In this document: piece after piece, positions 13,407 to 26,282 of the stretch
Numbering within the stretch: position 1 is the first letter of the stretch
How the letters are laid out: every line of letters begins with the position of its first letter
DNA from: Escherichia coli
GTDB lineage: Bacteria > Pseudomonadota > Gammaproteobacteria > Enterobacterales > Enterobacteriaceae
Strand: one strand, 5' to 3'
Length of the DNA: 64,000 nucleotides
Assembly: GCF_002854065.1 (NCBI RefSeq)
Contig: NZ_CP024147.1
The notes under the pieces: model-generated
Seen by the model: the letters and a program-made list of their open reading frames with translations, nothing else
The model's database searches: none
What the model was told of the DNA's origin: nothing
Made by a program: the position numbers and the translations under genes

Positions 13407-14711
13407 ATGAAACGGACAATGCTCTATCTTTCTCTGCTGGCTGTCAGCTATAGCGTCAGCGCCGCAAAATACCCTGTTCTGACAGAAAGTTCGCCAGAGA
13501 AAGCAGGGTTCAACGTCGAACGGCTTAACCAGATGGATCGCTGGATTAGCCAGCAAGTGGACGCCGGTTATCCCGGCGTAAACCTGCTGATTATAAAAGA
13601 TAATCAGATTGTGTATCGCAAAGCCTGGGGAGCGGCGAAAAAGTACGATGGCAGCGTATTGATGGAACAGCCTGTCAAAGCCACCACCGGGACGCTGTAT
13701 GACCTGGCTTCCAATACCAAGATGTACGCCACTAACTTTGCTCTGCAAAAGCTAATGAGCGAAGGCAAGCTGCATCCTGACGATCGGATTGCGAAATATA
13801 TTCCGGGATTTGCCGATAGTCCAAATGACACCATCAAAGGCAAAAACACGCTGCGGATTTCTGACCTGCTGCATCACAGCGGCGGTTTCCCGGCGGACCC
13901 ACAATATCCGAATAAAGCGGTCGCGGGCGCGTTATATTCCCAGGATAAAGGCCAAACGCTGGAGATGATCAAGCGCACGCCGCTAGAGTATCAGCCCGGC
14001 AGCAAGCATATTTACAGTGATGTCGATTATATGCTGCTTGGATTTATCGTCGAGTCGGTCACCGGTCAGCCGCTTGACCGCTATGTTGAAGAGTCGATTT
14101 ATCGCCCGCTCGGCCTGAAACATACGGTATTTAACCCGTTGCTGAAAGGCTTTAAACCGCAGCAAATTGCCGCCACGGAATTGAACGGCAATACCCGCGA
14201 TGGAGTGATCCACTTCCCGAATATCCGCACCTCCACTCTCTGGGGTCAGGTGCACGATGAAAAAGCCTTTTATTCGATGGGCGGCGTTTCCGGGCACGCA
14301 GGTTTGTTTTCCAATACCGGCGATATTGCGGTGTTAATGCAAACGATGCTGAACGGCGGGGGCTATGGCGATGTGCAGCTGTTCAGTGCGGAAACGGTGA
14401 AGATGTTCACCACCAGCTCTAAGGAAGATGCCACTTTTGGCCTCGGCTGGCGCGTGAATGGTAATGCCACCATGACGCCGACGTTTGGCACGCTGGCAAG
14501 CCCGCAAACCTACGGTCACACTGGCTGGACCGGAACGGTGACCGTTATCGATCCGGTGAATCATATGGCGATTGTGATGTTAAGCAACAAGCCACATTCG
14601 CCAGTTGCCGATCCGCAAAAGAATCCCAATATGTTCGAAAGCGGTCAGTTACCGATTGCAACTTATGGTTGGGTGGTTGATCAGGTATATGCGGCGTTAA
14701 AGCAGAAATAA
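13407..14711 (+). CDS. yfeW: Penicillin-binding protein 4B-like beta-lactamase-fold protein
   Basis: Signal peptide plus SxxK-type motif (ASNTKMY); start refined to ATG at 13407. Confidence 0.85.
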   Translation: MKRTMLYLSLLAVSYSVSAAKYPVLTESSPEKAGFNVERLNQMDRWISQQVDAGYPGVNLLIIKDNQIVYRKAWGAAKKYDGSVLMEQPVKATTGTLYDLASNTKMYATNFALQKLMSEGKLHPDDRIAKYIPGFADSPNDTIKGKNTLRISDLLHHSGGFPADPQYPNKAVAGALYSQDKGQTLEMIKRTPLEYQPGSKHIYSDVDYMLLGFIVESVTGQPLDRYVEESIYRPLGLKHTVFNPLLKGFKPQQIAATELNGNTRDGVIHFPNIRTSTLWGQVHDEKAFYSMGGVSGHAGLFSNTGDIAVLMQTMLNGGGYGDVQLFSAETVKMFTTSSKEDATFGLGWRVNGNATMTPTFGTLASPQTYGHTGWTGTVTVIDPVNHMAIVMLSNKPHSPVADPQKNPNMFESGQLPIATYGWVVDQVYAALKQK

Positions 14712-14768
14712 TAAAAAGGCCAGTCAGTTGTGTTACTGGCTGGCCTTGAATCATCGAATCAGAAACGC

Positions 14769-15752
<984 letters not shown>

Positions 15753-15763
15753 TCAGACGCAAA

Positions 15764-16339
15764 TTAACGCCGCCAGATAATTTTACTGACTTTCCAGTTT
15801 TTCAGGGTATCGTCCGAAGGCATTAACCCTTCAGGACCACTCCATTCCCCGCTGAACTGGTAGCTAATATGTTGACTGCCTTCGGCTTTACATTCGACGG
15901 CACGATTATCATCACCATCAGCTTTTTGGCAATTGCCAAATGCTTTGCTGTAAAGGTCGCTAAACGGTGTACCGATTTTAACACCGGTGTCAGCAGGAAT
16001 ATCGCTATCCAGCACGTCAATGCGACTGATCGTGCCTTGATCGCCGTTAATCACCATCGCCACGTTGTCGCCCTTCATCACTTCAAAAAAGCGCACCACG
16101 TTGCCGTTCGCGGTTTTCATTCCGCTGCGCAGGCGATAATCGCCATCAAGCGCATCGGCAATGGCTTGTTCTTGCAGTGGTGTGGACGCCGTTAATTCAC
16201 CAACGCCCTGCTCGCTCACTTTGGTGGACGACCCAAACCAGTTCCACGGGTTAGCGGCAGACCAGTTAACTGACGACATCGTGGAACAGCCGGTCAGCAT
16301 CAATGGCATAGCGCATAACATTAAACGCAGCGATTTCAT
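15764..16339 (-). CDS. yfeY: Lipoprotein YfeY
   Basis: 191-aa ORF with lipobox LTGCS after a signal peptide. Confidence 0.8.
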   Translation of the reverse strand: MKSLRLMLCAMPLMLTGCSTMSSVNWSAANPWNWFGSSTKVSEQGVGELTASTPLQEQAIADALDGDYRLRSGMKTANGNVVRFFEVMKGDNVAMVINGDQGTISRIDVLDSDIPADTGVKIGTPFSDLYSKAFGNCQKADGDDNRAVECKAEGSQHISYQFSGEWSGPEGLMPSDDTLKNWKVSKIIWRR

Positions 16340-16399
16340 GTCACTTCCTTTGGTTATTCAATAACGTTGCTTGGAGTGCAAATTCACCAAAAAGTGCCG

Positions 16400-16849
16400 T
16401 TATTCTTTTACTTCATTAAAACAAGCGCGTAAACGTCGATTGGTCAGCAGCCAGATTAACGCCACAATATCCGCCACTACCAGCGCCAGACCGAAACCGC
16501 TAACGGATTCACCGTTCAGCCACAGCCACGGTTGCCAGCAAAGTAAAACCACCTGCGCCAACAGCAACAGAAAATAGAGTACACGCCAGGTGCGAGGAAA
16601 CGTAGCCCGCCGACCGCTCAACAAAAACGCCAGCACCGCCGGAATGCCAGGAATCAGCCCCAGCCAGAAATTATCGTGATCGGGATAAAACAGATTTAGC
16701 AGCGCAGTACCCTGCTCGCGCGACGCACCGGCAATGACAAACAGCACCCAGGTTCGCGCCTGAAGCAATAGCACAAGCCAGAAGAGCAAGGGTAAACGCA
16801 GGCGACCGTGCGCATCATAATGGACAGGATGAAACTCAGTACTCTTCAT
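16400..16849 (-). CDS. yfeZ: Inner membrane protein YfeZ
   Basis: Small hydrophobic ORF with several predicted TM segments; synteny. Confidence 0.75.
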
Positions 16850-17261
16850 CTTCAATCAAACGCTTACCCAGACTCAGCACGTCGGCGTGTTCATATCCCA
16901 GGCGTTCATACATTCCGAGCACCATGTCGTTATCTTCCGGCACGTTGATCTGAATTTTCGGGCAGCCGCGAGCAATCAGCTTTTTCTCCAGCCGGTTAAG
17001 CAACGCATTGGCAATCCCACGCCCACGAAACTCTGGATGCACGCCAAGATAATAAGCAGACCCGCGATGCCCGTCATAACCGCCCATCACCGTTCCGACC
17101 ACTTCACCGTTCACCTCAGCGACCAGAAACAAACTGACGTCATGGTTCATCTTACGCTCGATGTCCATTTCCGGATCGTTCCACGGACGCAGCAAGTCGC
17201 AACGCTCCCAAAGGGTGATGACCTCTTCGAAATCTTCCTGGCGAAATACGCGTATCTCCAT
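16836..17261 (-). CDS. ypeA: GNAT-family acetyltransferase YpeA
   Basis: GNAT motif (GRGIANALL); start refined to ATG at 17259-17261 ([14 protein letters not shown]). Confidence 0.8.
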
Positions 17262-17474
17262 GGTATTCGTTACCTTTTTGCGGGTTAAAAGGCTGATTAT
17301 GGCGTGAACGGTCGAATTAGCCAATATCTGACGAAAATCGGTTGAAAAAGTGGCATAATGGGGAGTTGTCAACTATTGAAATGAAAAGTAAAACAATTCT
17401 CAACAGCAAACGGTCGTAACGGATTACGCGATACGATATAACATCTGGAACTTTATTATTACAACTCAGGCCGT

Positions 17475-18344
17475 ATGAGCACTTTTAAACCACTAAAAAC
17501 ACTCACTTCGCGCCGCCAGGTGCTGAAAGCCGGTTTGGCTGCCCTGACGTTGTCAGGAATGTCGCAAGCCATCGCCAAAGACGAACCTTTAAAAACCAGC
17601 AATGGACACAGCAAGCCGAAAGCTAAAAAATCTGGCGGCAAACGTGTCGTTGTTCTCGATCCAGGCCACGGCGGGATTGATACCGGAGCGATCGGGCGCA
17701 ACGGTTCGAAAGAAAAACATGTGGTGCTGGCGATTGCTAAAAACGTCCGTTCCATTTTGCGTAATCATGGGATTGATGCGCGTTTAACGCGTTCTGGCGA
17801 TACGTTTATCCCACTTTACGATCGCGTTGAAATCGCCCATAAACATGGCGCAGATCTGTTTATGTCAATTCATGCCGATGGCTTTACCAACCCGAAAGCT
17901 GCCGGTGCTTCGGTATTTGCCCTCTCTAACCGTGGGGCAAGTAGCGCAATGGCGAAATACCTGTCTGAACGCGAAAACCGCGCCGATGAAGTTGCCGGTA
18001 AAAAGGCGACTGACAAGGATCACCTATTGCAGCAAGTGCTGTTTGATCTGGTGCAAACCGATACTATTAAAAACAGCCTGACGCTTGGCTCGCATATTCT
18101 GAAAAAGATTAAGCCGGTGCATAAACTGCACAGCCGCAACACCGAACAAGCCGCGTTTGTGGTGTTGAAATCGCCGTCGGTTCCTTCGGTGCTGGTGGAA
18201 ACCTCGTTTATCACCAACCCGGAAGAAGAGCGGCTGTTAGGCACGGCGGCGTTTCGTCAGAAAATCGCCACAGCGATTGCTGAAGGCGTGATCAGTTATT
18301 TCCACTGGTTCGACAACCAGAAAGCACATTCGAAAAAGCGATAA
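17475..18344 (+). CDS. amiA: N-acetylmuramoyl-L-alanine amidase A
   Basis: Tat-type signal (SRRQVLKAG) and Amidase_3-like domain. Confidence 0.9.
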   Translation: MSTFKPLKTLTSRRQVLKAGLAALTLSGMSQAIAKDEPLKTSNGHSKPKAKKSGGKRVVVLDPGHGGIDTGAIGRNGSKEKHVVLAIAKNVRSILRNHGIDARLTRSGDTFIPLYDRVEIAHKHGADLFMSIHADGFTNPKAAGASVFALSNRGASSAMAKYLSERENRADEVAGKKATDKDHLLQQVLFDLVQTDTIKNSLTLGSHILKKIKPVHKLHSRNTEQAAFVVLKSPSVPSVLVETSFITNPEEERLLGTAAFRQKIATAIAEGVISYFHWFDNQKAHSKKR

Positions 18345-19247
<903 letters not shown>

Positions 19248-19252
19248 CTCCC

Positions 19253-20305
19253 TCACCCCCATTCCCGCATCCGCTGATGCAACGTCAACGACGGCTTCTC
19301 GGCAAACAGCTGCTGGTAATCCGTGGCAAATTGCCCCAGATGCCAGAATCCCCACTGCATGGCGGCGTCTTTTACCGTTGTGCTTTGCGACCACGGGCTT
19401 ATCAGTTCGCGGCGCACGGCGTTCAGGCGAATGCGTTTCAGCCACGCGTTTGGGCCAATGCCTAAAATAGCGTGAAACGCGTTTTGTAGCGTGCGGCGGC
19501 TGACATGCAGTTGATTACACAAATCCAGCACCGTCACCGGTTCGGACATGTTTTCCAGCACATATTCACGGGCGCGGGAAAGTAATCTACGGTAACTCTG
19601 ATGACTGATGCTTTCCGCCGTCACCATTGGCTGTGCTTCTTCCAGCATCGCCCCCATCGCCATTAGCAAATTATCCCCCAGCACTTTTCGCACTGCAGGC
19701 TGATGGAGATTTTCCGGGTTCTCGCAAAACGTCGCCAGCGCCTGTTGGACAAAGCCCCACAGCGCGGCTTTATGCTGCTCTTTCACTTCCAGCGCCGACT
19801 GGCTACGCAGCATATGTAATACCCGATCCGGATTATGCAAAAAGTTAGCCTGACGGGTGATGACATCTTCAGAAAGCACTACGCCCAGGATCGTGTAATC
19901 GTCCGGCGTACTTAATTCAAACTCGGTTCCACCGGGGCGCGTCGCTATTTCTGCGCTTCCCAGACATTGCGAACCGATAAATCCCTGCTCACCGCGCGTC
20001 GCCGGAATGCCAAACCAGAACGAGTTCGGCCAGACCAGGCACGACTGACGCAGCGCCAGACCGGTGTATTCACGAAAAACCTGAATATCATCGAGTAGAA
20101 TTTCCGTAAATTCACCATGAAACTTGCCCGGATGCAGCTGATCGTAAATCTGCTGCCAGGCGGTAATCGTTAAAGCATGTTCATAGACATCCGTTGTCTG
20201 TCGTTGATGAACATTATCCACTTCGACCTTCGGCGTGAGCTTCAGGTTTTCGGGTAAGGGTTCATGATAAAGATGGTGCAAATTGGCTGTACGGGTCTTT
20301 TTCAT
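19253..20305 (-). CDS. eutR: AraC-family activator of the eut operon
   Basis: 350-aa ORF with C-terminal AraC-type HTH; last gene of the eut cluster. Confidence 0.9.
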   Translation of the reverse strand: MKKTRTANLHHLYHEPLPENLKLTPKVEVDNVHQRQTTDVYEHALTITAWQQIYDQLHPGKFHGEFTEILLDDIQVFREYTGLALRQSCLVWPNSFWFGIPATRGEQGFIGSQCLGSAEIATRPGGTEFELSTPDDYTILGVVLSEDVITRQANFLHNPDRVLHMLRSQSALEVKEQHKAALWGFVQQALATFCENPENLHQPAVRKVLGDNLLMAMGAMLEEAQPMVTAESISHQSYRRLLSRAREYVLENMSEPVTVLDLCNQLHVSRRTLQNAFHAILGIGPNAWLKRIRLNAVRRELISPWSQSTTVKDAAMQWGFWHLGQFATDYQQLFAEKPSLTLHQRMREWG

Positions 20306-20350
20306 GATGTTAATGCCGGGTGTTGTAGGACACCCGGCACCTCCGACAGG

Positions 20351-20854
20351 TTAATGGGGCTTGAGACGATAACGACTACTGCGTTTACGTAACGTCCCGG
20401 CAGAAAAGAGCTGTTCGAGCGCATTTCTGGCTTTTTCCAGCGGCCAGCCAAAGTGGGCAGCCACTTCTCCTGCCGTCATTCCCTGACGTACTGATGTTAA
20501 CAGCGCCAACAACTCGTCAGCAGATTCCGCGACGATAACTGGCGCGTCGGGTTCCTTTACGGGTTGCTTCGGCTGGCGGTTAAAGCCAGTAACCAGCCAC
20601 TGGGTGTCATCGTCTGGCCGACCGATCTCCTTACGGCTGATGACACGCCCGGTACGCATCGCGGCAGCACAACCTGCGTCCAGCGCAGCACGACACGCCG
20701 CCAGATCGCCTTCCACCACCAGCGTTAAGCGACCAGGGTCAAGCACTTCGTGACTGAGCAGACAAACGTTAGCTGCTTTGAGCATGGCCGCTGCATCTAT
20801 CGCAGCGGCCATGCCGTCCACTTCCAGCAATCCCAGTGCATTGATCATCGGCAA
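20351..20854 (-). CDS. eutK: Ethanolamine-utilisation microcompartment shell protein EutK
   Basis: N-terminal BMC-domain-like sequence (ALGLLEVDGMAAAIDAAAMLKAANV) plus C-terminal extension; synteny. Confidence 0.85.
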   Translation of the reverse strand: MPMINALGLLEVDGMAAAIDAAAMLKAANVCLLSHEVLDPGRLTLVVEGDLAACRAALDAGCAAAMRTGRVISRKEIGRPDDDTQWLVTGFNRQPKQPVKEPDAPVIVAESADELLALLTSVRQGMTAGEVAAHFGWPLEKARNALEQLFSAGTLRKRSSRYRLKPH

Positions 20855-20860
20855 CCTCCA

Positions 20861-21520
20861 TTACGCACGCTGGATTGGATTACGCGCGATTTCCAGCACT
20901 GCATCGGTAAAGGCGTTACAGGCCGCTTTACACGCTGCCTGGCTACCGGTTAAAAATGCTGCCGAGTAGTTAGTTTCAGACGGTGGCGGGACATAGGTCA
21001 CCAGCTGTACGTCGGCAGATTTCAACGCTGCATCAATGCCGTAGGTCGCTTCCAGCGGCGGTGCCACCAGATACGCCATCGGATCGCCAAGCGTGATCCC
21101 GGCGGTTGATGAGAGATAAGAACCGGTACGCGAAACTACATGTGCCAGGAATGCCGTATCTTGCGCATCATTAGCCCACTGGAAAGCAGCGCCATTTTCA
21201 ATATGCGCAACCATCGCATCCAGACCGGCACGCACTTCCGCCGGGTTTGGCCCACCAAGCATAATCAGTACTTCACCGGCAGTCGGTGACGGGCCGTGTG
21301 CAGCGCCCGCATACAGCGAGCGGCCATACACCACTTCTACCATCGCTTGTTTGGTCGCTTCGTCAGCCGCAATGTAGGTTACGTCATCGGAATCAGCAGA
21401 AATCAGCCCGAGGCTACGAATATGCGGCGGCAATTTCAGTTCACGCGCAAAATCGGCGTTAACGGAGGCAATCACCCGCATAGCGGTGACAGACGGTCGA
21501 ATAAAATCTAAAGCTGGCAT
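20861..21520 (-). CDS. eutL: Ethanolamine-utilisation microcompartment shell protein EutL
   Basis: 219-aa tandem-BMC-type protein between eutC and eutK. Confidence 0.9.
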   Translation of the reverse strand: MPALDFIRPSVTAMRVIASVNADFARELKLPPHIRSLGLISADSDDVTYIAADEATKQAMVEVVYGRSLYAGAAHGPSPTAGEVLIMLGGPNPAEVRAGLDAMVAHIENGAAFQWANDAQDTAFLAHVVSRTGSYLSSTAGITLGDPMAYLVAPPLEATYGIDAALKSADVQLVTYVPPPSETNYSAAFLTGSQAACKAACNAFTDAVLEIARNPIQRA

Positions 21521-21529
21521 GATGCCTCC

Positions 21530-22417
21530 TTATCGGGTCATGTTGATGCCGGATGCTTTCTGCTCCAGCATACGTTTCGCCAAATCCACAATGACGGCTG
21601 CGGCTTCAACCGGCGGCGTGCCGCCCTGGTGAATGTTAGAGATACAGGTGCGATCGGCCTCAACGGTGGTCGCCATACGCGGCGAGTAAACGGCGTAGCA
21701 GGAGAGGCTTTCTGACTGACCCAACCCCGGACGTTCGCCCACCAGCAGGATCACTACTTTCGCGCCGAGGATCTCACCGATCTGATCTTCAATCTTCACG
21801 CGACCATAACGAACAAAGAATGGTGTACCGACTTTCAGCCCGGCCTGTTTCAGCCCCGCCATCAGCGGTGGCAGGATCTCTTCGTAGTTCACGGTGATCG
21901 CATCAGTTGACAGGCCATCAGAAATAACGACCTGTACGTCCGGATTAGCAACACACTGTGCTTTCAGCGCTTCAACAGCTTCTGCACACAGGCGGCGGCC
22001 CATATCCGGGCGAGTCAGGTAGAGATTTTTGTCGCTAATTTCAGAGCGTACTTCCAGCAAGCCCTGCGCTTTCACCCACTCTTCCGGCACTTCTTTAAGT
22101 ACGGTATCTTTCGAACGAGAGTGATCGGCCAGGAAACGCAGCAACGCCTGGGTACGCGGACGCGGACCGGCACGACCGGTACAAACGCGGGCCACGGTGC
22201 TGCGACGCAGTTCTGTTAACACATCCGCACGATGTGGGTTTTCAACACCAATCCACGCTTTTGCTTCCGCAGAACCTAAATCCAGCGCACAGCTTTCCGA
22301 GGTCACCGGTGCCGCACAGGTGGTAGTGGCGCACTTTGCTTCTGACGGCGCGGGGGCCGTTTGTCCCATTGACGCCATCACGCTGCGTACAATTTCTTCA
22401 ATCTGTTTTTGATCCAT
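21530..22417 (-). CDS. eutC: Ethanolamine ammonia-lyase small subunit
   Basis: 295-aa ORF downstream of eutB. Confidence 0.9.
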   Translation of the reverse strand: MDQKQIEEIVRSVMASMGQTAPAPSEAKCATTTCAAPVTSESCALDLGSAEAKAWIGVENPHRADVLTELRRSTVARVCTGRAGPRPRTQALLRFLADHSRSKDTVLKEVPEEWVKAQGLLEVRSEISDKNLYLTRPDMGRRLCAEAVEALKAQCVANPDVQVVISDGLSTDAITVNYEEILPPLMAGLKQAGLKVGTPFFVRYGRVKIEDQIGEILGAKVVILLVGERPGLGQSESLSCYAVYSPRMATTVEADRTCISNIHQGGTPPVEAAAVIVDLAKRMLEQKASGINMTR

Positions 22418-22437
22418 GATGTGTTATCTCCGCGTCA

Positions 22438-23799
22438 TCAGAAGAACAGTGACGGATCGCCCGCCCGTTTGATCAAGCGACCGTTTGCCATAATGCCCAT
22501 GCTTTCCAGCCAGCGTTCAAACTCCGGTGACGGGCGCAGGTTGAGTAACTGACGCACAGTGGCAGTGTCGTGGAAGGCGGTGGTCTGGTAGTTGAGCATG
22601 ATGTCATCGCCCAACGGCATCCCCATGATGTAATTGCAGCCTGCGGTGGCGAGCAGGATCATCAGGTTTTCGTTGAGGTTCTGGTCAGCGTCAGCGTGGT
22701 TGGTGTAACAGCAGTCACAGCCCATAGAGATGCCGCTCAGCTTGCCCATAAAGTGATCTTCTAAGCCCGCACGGATAATCTGGCGGTCGTTGTAGAGATA
22801 CTCCGGCCCAATAAAGCCGACCACGGTGTTGACGATAAACGGATCGTAATGACGCGCCAGCCCATAGTTACGTGCTTCCATCGTCACCTGGTCTGCGCCG
22901 AAGTTAGCGCCAGCGGATAGCGCTGAACCTTGTCCGGTTTCGAAGTAGAGGCAGTTTTCCCCGGCGATACGGTTGAACTCTGCACCCACTGCGCGCGCTT
23001 CGTCGAGCATCGCCAGTTCCACGCCAAACTCTTTCAGCCCTTTTTCACTGCCACAGATACTCTGGAAAATCAGCCCGCCTGGTGCGCCACGACGAATCGC
23101 TTCGATCTGGGTGGTGACGTGCGCCAGTACGCAGCCCTGAGTTGGGATGTTGAATTTGTCGATCACGCCATAGATGGTGTCCAGCACGCGGCTTAAGTTT
23201 TCCACGTCGTCAGTCACCGGGTTAACGCCGATCACCGCATCGCCCACCCCGAAGGAAAGCCCTTCGTAGATTTGCGCGGCGATACTTTGCACGTCGTCAC
23301 GGGTGTCATTTGGCTGCAAACGGGCGCTGAAGGTGCCCGGAATACCGATGGTGGTATTGGCCTTTTTGATTACCGGCATTTTCTTCGCGCCGTAGATCAG
23401 GTCCGCGTTGGAGCAAATCTTCGCTATCGCCGCGACCACTTCCGAGGTCAGCCCTTTGCGGGTAAAGGTAATGTCGTCCACGCTGGTTTCATCGCTCAGC
23501 ACATACTCACGCAGTTCGCTGATGCTCCAGTTTTTAATCTGGTTGTAGGCCGTTTCGTTAACATCGTCCTGAATCAGCCGCGTCACGCAGTCATCTTCAT
23601 AGGCAATCACCGGATTATTGCGGATGTCCGCTACGGTCATTTCCGACAACACCTGCTTTGCCGCCACGCGCTCCTGTGAACTTGCCGCTGCAACGCCTGC
23701 CAGCACATCCCCCGAACGCAGTTCGTTGGCTTTAGCCAGCACCTCTTTTACATCCTTAAACTGATATACATTGCCGAACAATGTGGTCTTTAGTTTCAT
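22438..23799 (-). CDS. eutB: Ethanolamine ammonia-lyase large subunit
   Basis: 453-aa ORF of the EutB family; first eut gene retained in this window. Confidence 0.9.
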   Translation of the reverse strand: MKLKTTLFGNVYQFKDVKEVLAKANELRSGDVLAGVAAASSQERVAAKQVLSEMTVADIRNNPVIAYEDDCVTRLIQDDVNETAYNQIKNWSISELREYVLSDETSVDDITFTRKGLTSEVVAAIAKICSNADLIYGAKKMPVIKKANTTIGIPGTFSARLQPNDTRDDVQSIAAQIYEGLSFGVGDAVIGVNPVTDDVENLSRVLDTIYGVIDKFNIPTQGCVLAHVTTQIEAIRRGAPGGLIFQSICGSEKGLKEFGVELAMLDEARAVGAEFNRIAGENCLYFETGQGSALSAGANFGADQVTMEARNYGLARHYDPFIVNTVVGFIGPEYLYNDRQIIRAGLEDHFMGKLSGISMGCDCCYTNHADADQNLNENLMILLATAGCNYIMGMPLGDDIMLNYQTTAFHDTATVRQLLNLRPSPEFERWLESMGIMANGRLIKRAGDPSLFF

Positions 23800-23986
23800 A
23801 AGTCGTTCCCTCAGGAAGAAGTGATGAGTAACATTTCTTCCAGCATTCGAACAATTCTATTTCATCGTTAGCCCTTGTCCTGTAAGGTAATTGTCTTAAC
23901 ACGCCCGTTATTCATCATGCCGAACGCAACCGAACGCGCCGGATACATGATCGGGTTTATCCAGTCGTTATGTCGAGGTATCCGGT

Positions 23987-25192
23987 TTGAGCAAGACACC
24001 ACTCACAGCAAAGGCCATCGCAGCCGCGCAGCCAAAAGACAAGCCCTATAAACTCACCGATTCACTGACGCCAGGACTGTTTTTGCTGGTGCATCCCAAC
24101 GGCAGCAAATACTGGCGATTCAGGTATTGGTTGAATAAACGAGAGTTTTTGCAGGCCATTGGTGTTTACCCGCTAATCACACTCAAAGAAGCACGCAGAC
24201 GCGCCACAGAGAGCCGATCTCTGATTGCTAATGGAATTAATCCAGTGGAAGAAGCACGCAAGGAAAAAGCCATTGATGCGCTCAACATGGCGGCAGGTTT
24301 TAAGACGGTAGCGGAGGACTGGCTGGCTACCAGGGTCAGCGGGTGGTCAGAGTCCTACACGAAACAGGTTAGATCGGCACTGGAAAAAGATGTTTACCCC
24401 GTGCTGGGGAAGCGGTCAATTGTCGATATAACGGCCCGTGACGTGCTGGAATTGCTTCAGAAGAAAGAGCGTACCGCACCGGAACAAGCCAGGAAGCTAC
24501 GCCAGCGTATCGGGGAGATCTTCAAATTTGCCGTTATCACCGAACTGGTGGCAAGAAATCCGGTTGCAGATCTGAACACAGCACTAAAAGCCCGCCGTCC
24601 GGGCCACAACGCATGGCTGCAAATTAACGAAATTCAGGCGTTCTATGAAGCACTTGAGAGAGCCGGGAGCGTCCAGATTCAGACGGCAATACGTTTGCTC
24701 ATATTGAGCGCTCTAAGGACGGTGGAACTGCGTAAAATGCGCTGGGAATGGGTTAACCTGGAAGACGCGATCATCACCCTACCCGCTGAAGTCATGAAGG
24801 CCCGTCGCCCGCATGTGGTCCCGCTATCACGGCAGGCGGTAGAGCTATTGCAGGACCAGTTTACTCGCACCGGATACAGCGCTTTCGTCTTCCCTGGTCG
24901 ATTCATGGATAAGCCCTTGTCTGCCAGCGCGATACTGAAAGCCCTGGAGCGTATCGGATACAAGTCGATAGCCACAGCACACGGCTGGCGTACAACGTTC
25001 AGCACGACGCTTAACGAGTCCGGCAGGTACTCACCAGACTGGATTGAAATCCAATTGGCCCACGTCCCGAAGGGTGTACGCGGTGTATATAACCAGGCGG
25101 CCTATCTCAAACAGCGCCGTCAAATGCTTCAGGACTACGCCGACGCCATTGATTCAATACTGGCTGGTGAAGGTAATCCGCTGGAACCGTGA
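23987..25192 (+). CDS. intZ: P4-type tyrosine integrase of a prophage remnant (TTG start)
   Basis: 401-aa ORF with N-terminal P4-integrase arm motif (KLTDSLTPGLFLLVHPNGSKYWRFRYW) and C-terminal tyrosine-recombinase core; K-12 has intZ next to eutB. Confidence 0.8.
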   Translation: MSKTPLTAKAIAAAQPKDKPYKLTDSLTPGLFLLVHPNGSKYWRFRYWLNKREFLQAIGVYPLITLKEARRRATESRSLIANGINPVEEARKEKAIDALNMAAGFKTVAEDWLATRVSGWSESYTKQVRSALEKDVYPVLGKRSIVDITARDVLELLQKKERTAPEQARKLRQRIGEIFKFAVITELVARNPVADLNTALKARRPGHNAWLQINEIQAFYEALERAGSVQIQTAIRLLILSALRTVELRKMRWEWVNLEDAIITLPAEVMKARRPHVVPLSRQAVELLQDQFTRTGYSAFVFPGRFMDKPLSASAILKALERIGYKSIATAHGWRTTFSTTLNESGRYSPDWIEIQLAHVPKGVRGVYNQAAYLKQRRQMLQDYADAIDSILAGEGNPLEP

Positions 25193-25198
25193 ACTATA

Positions 25199-25224
25199 AG
25201 GCCGGATTCGTCCGGCTTTTCTTT
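25199..25224 (+). terminator. Rho-independent terminator after the integrase gene
   Basis: Stem gccgga / tccggc with ttcg loop followed by ttttcttt. Confidence 0.5.
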
Positions 25225-25418
25225 CGCTAATTATTCCACTATTCCAATTAAGTGGAATAAATTATTCAATATCAAAAACTTACATCAATATTGCAACAAT
25301 AAAAACGGTGGCTTATGATCAGATCATGATTTTCGGTATGTGAACAGCAAAAACAAGAAGCCCGGAAAGGCGGCAACCAATCCGGGCGATATGGGAAAAG
25401 AGATTAGGAGGTTTCCCC

Positions 25419-26186
25419 ATGCGTAATAGTTTAGCAGTTCGCTTTAGCTTGCAGCAAGGCGAAGAATTATCACAGGAATATCAATTCATCAAATACGAAG
25501 AAGCGCCGGAACAGGTGCAAATAGCTTTTGATGATCAGCACTACGGCAACACTATCCGCTACGACGGTAAAAAATGGTTTCTCAATCCGGTAACAAATGC
25601 CATTCACGTATGTCAAATCATTACGCCAGTAAATAACAGCGCGGATAACGATTCGGCTATTGACGCTGAACTGGTGACAGAACCACTACCGCCACCGCCG
25701 CCAGTACAAGAAAGCGATGTAAAACCCGACGCCATCGATCTGACAGCAGAAGCCAGAGAGCGCAAACAACCGAAGCCGGAACAACCGCAAGCCAAGGATA
25801 ACAAACAGTGGCACGGTAACACGGCGTATCTGAATACGTTTGCTTGTCATCTTCATGAAGTGCTACCACAGGCCATCTATAGCACATGGTGCGACAAACA
25901 AACGGCGGCACACTTCCACCTGCTTTACGCGCTTTGCTACCTGGCAAGCTACGAAAACAAAGATGAAGGTATCGAGCTTGGCGAGGTGTTATATGGTGCT
26001 GAAAAGATCACAAAGGGCGGCGTAGTACCTGGTTTCCATATGGCCCGATCAACGTTCGATATCAAGATTAACGAGCTTGAACAGTGGGGATTAATCAAGG
26101 TAACACGAGGTAAGAAACGTAAGGACGGGCAAGGCAACTTGCCGAACAGTATCAAACTGAACTTTAAGCCGTACAGTTTAAAATAA
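25419..26186 (+). CDS. Hypothetical prophage protein, possibly a winged-helix replication-initiator-like protein
   Basis: 255-aa ORF behind a strong SD (aggagg); proline/acidic linker then a basic C-terminal segment (ELEQWGLIKVTRGKKRKDG) resembling winged-helix initiators; weak inference. Confidence 0.55.
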   Translation: MRNSLAVRFSLQQGEELSQEYQFIKYEEAPEQVQIAFDDQHYGNTIRYDGKKWFLNPVTNAIHVCQIITPVNNSADNDSAIDAELVTEPLPPPPPVQESDVKPDAIDLTAEARERKQPKPEQPQAKDNKQWHGNTAYLNTFACHLHEVLPQAIYSTWCDKQTAAHFHLLYALCYLASYENKDEGIELGEVLYGAEKITKGGVVPGFHMARSTFDIKINELEQWGLIKVTRGKKRKDGQGNLPNSIKLNFKPYSLK

Positions 26187-26194
26187 TCACACTA

Positions 26195-26220
26195 GGCGGG
26201 CAATGTTCCCGCCTTTTCTT
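26195..26220 (+). terminator. Rho-independent terminator after the 255-aa ORF
   Basis: Stem ggcggg / cccgcc with 7-nt loop followed by ttttctt. Confidence 0.5.
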
Positions 26221-26243
26221 TGCCTCAATCCTATAAAATTCAC

Positions 26244-26282
26244 ATCCCGAAAATCGGTATCTGGGTATCCCGAAAATCGGTA
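26244..26282. repeat. Two perfect 16-bp direct repeats ATCCCGAAAATCGGTA with 23-bp period
   Basis: Copies at 26244-26259 and 26267-26282, immediately followed by an AT-rich tract. Confidence 0.7.
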
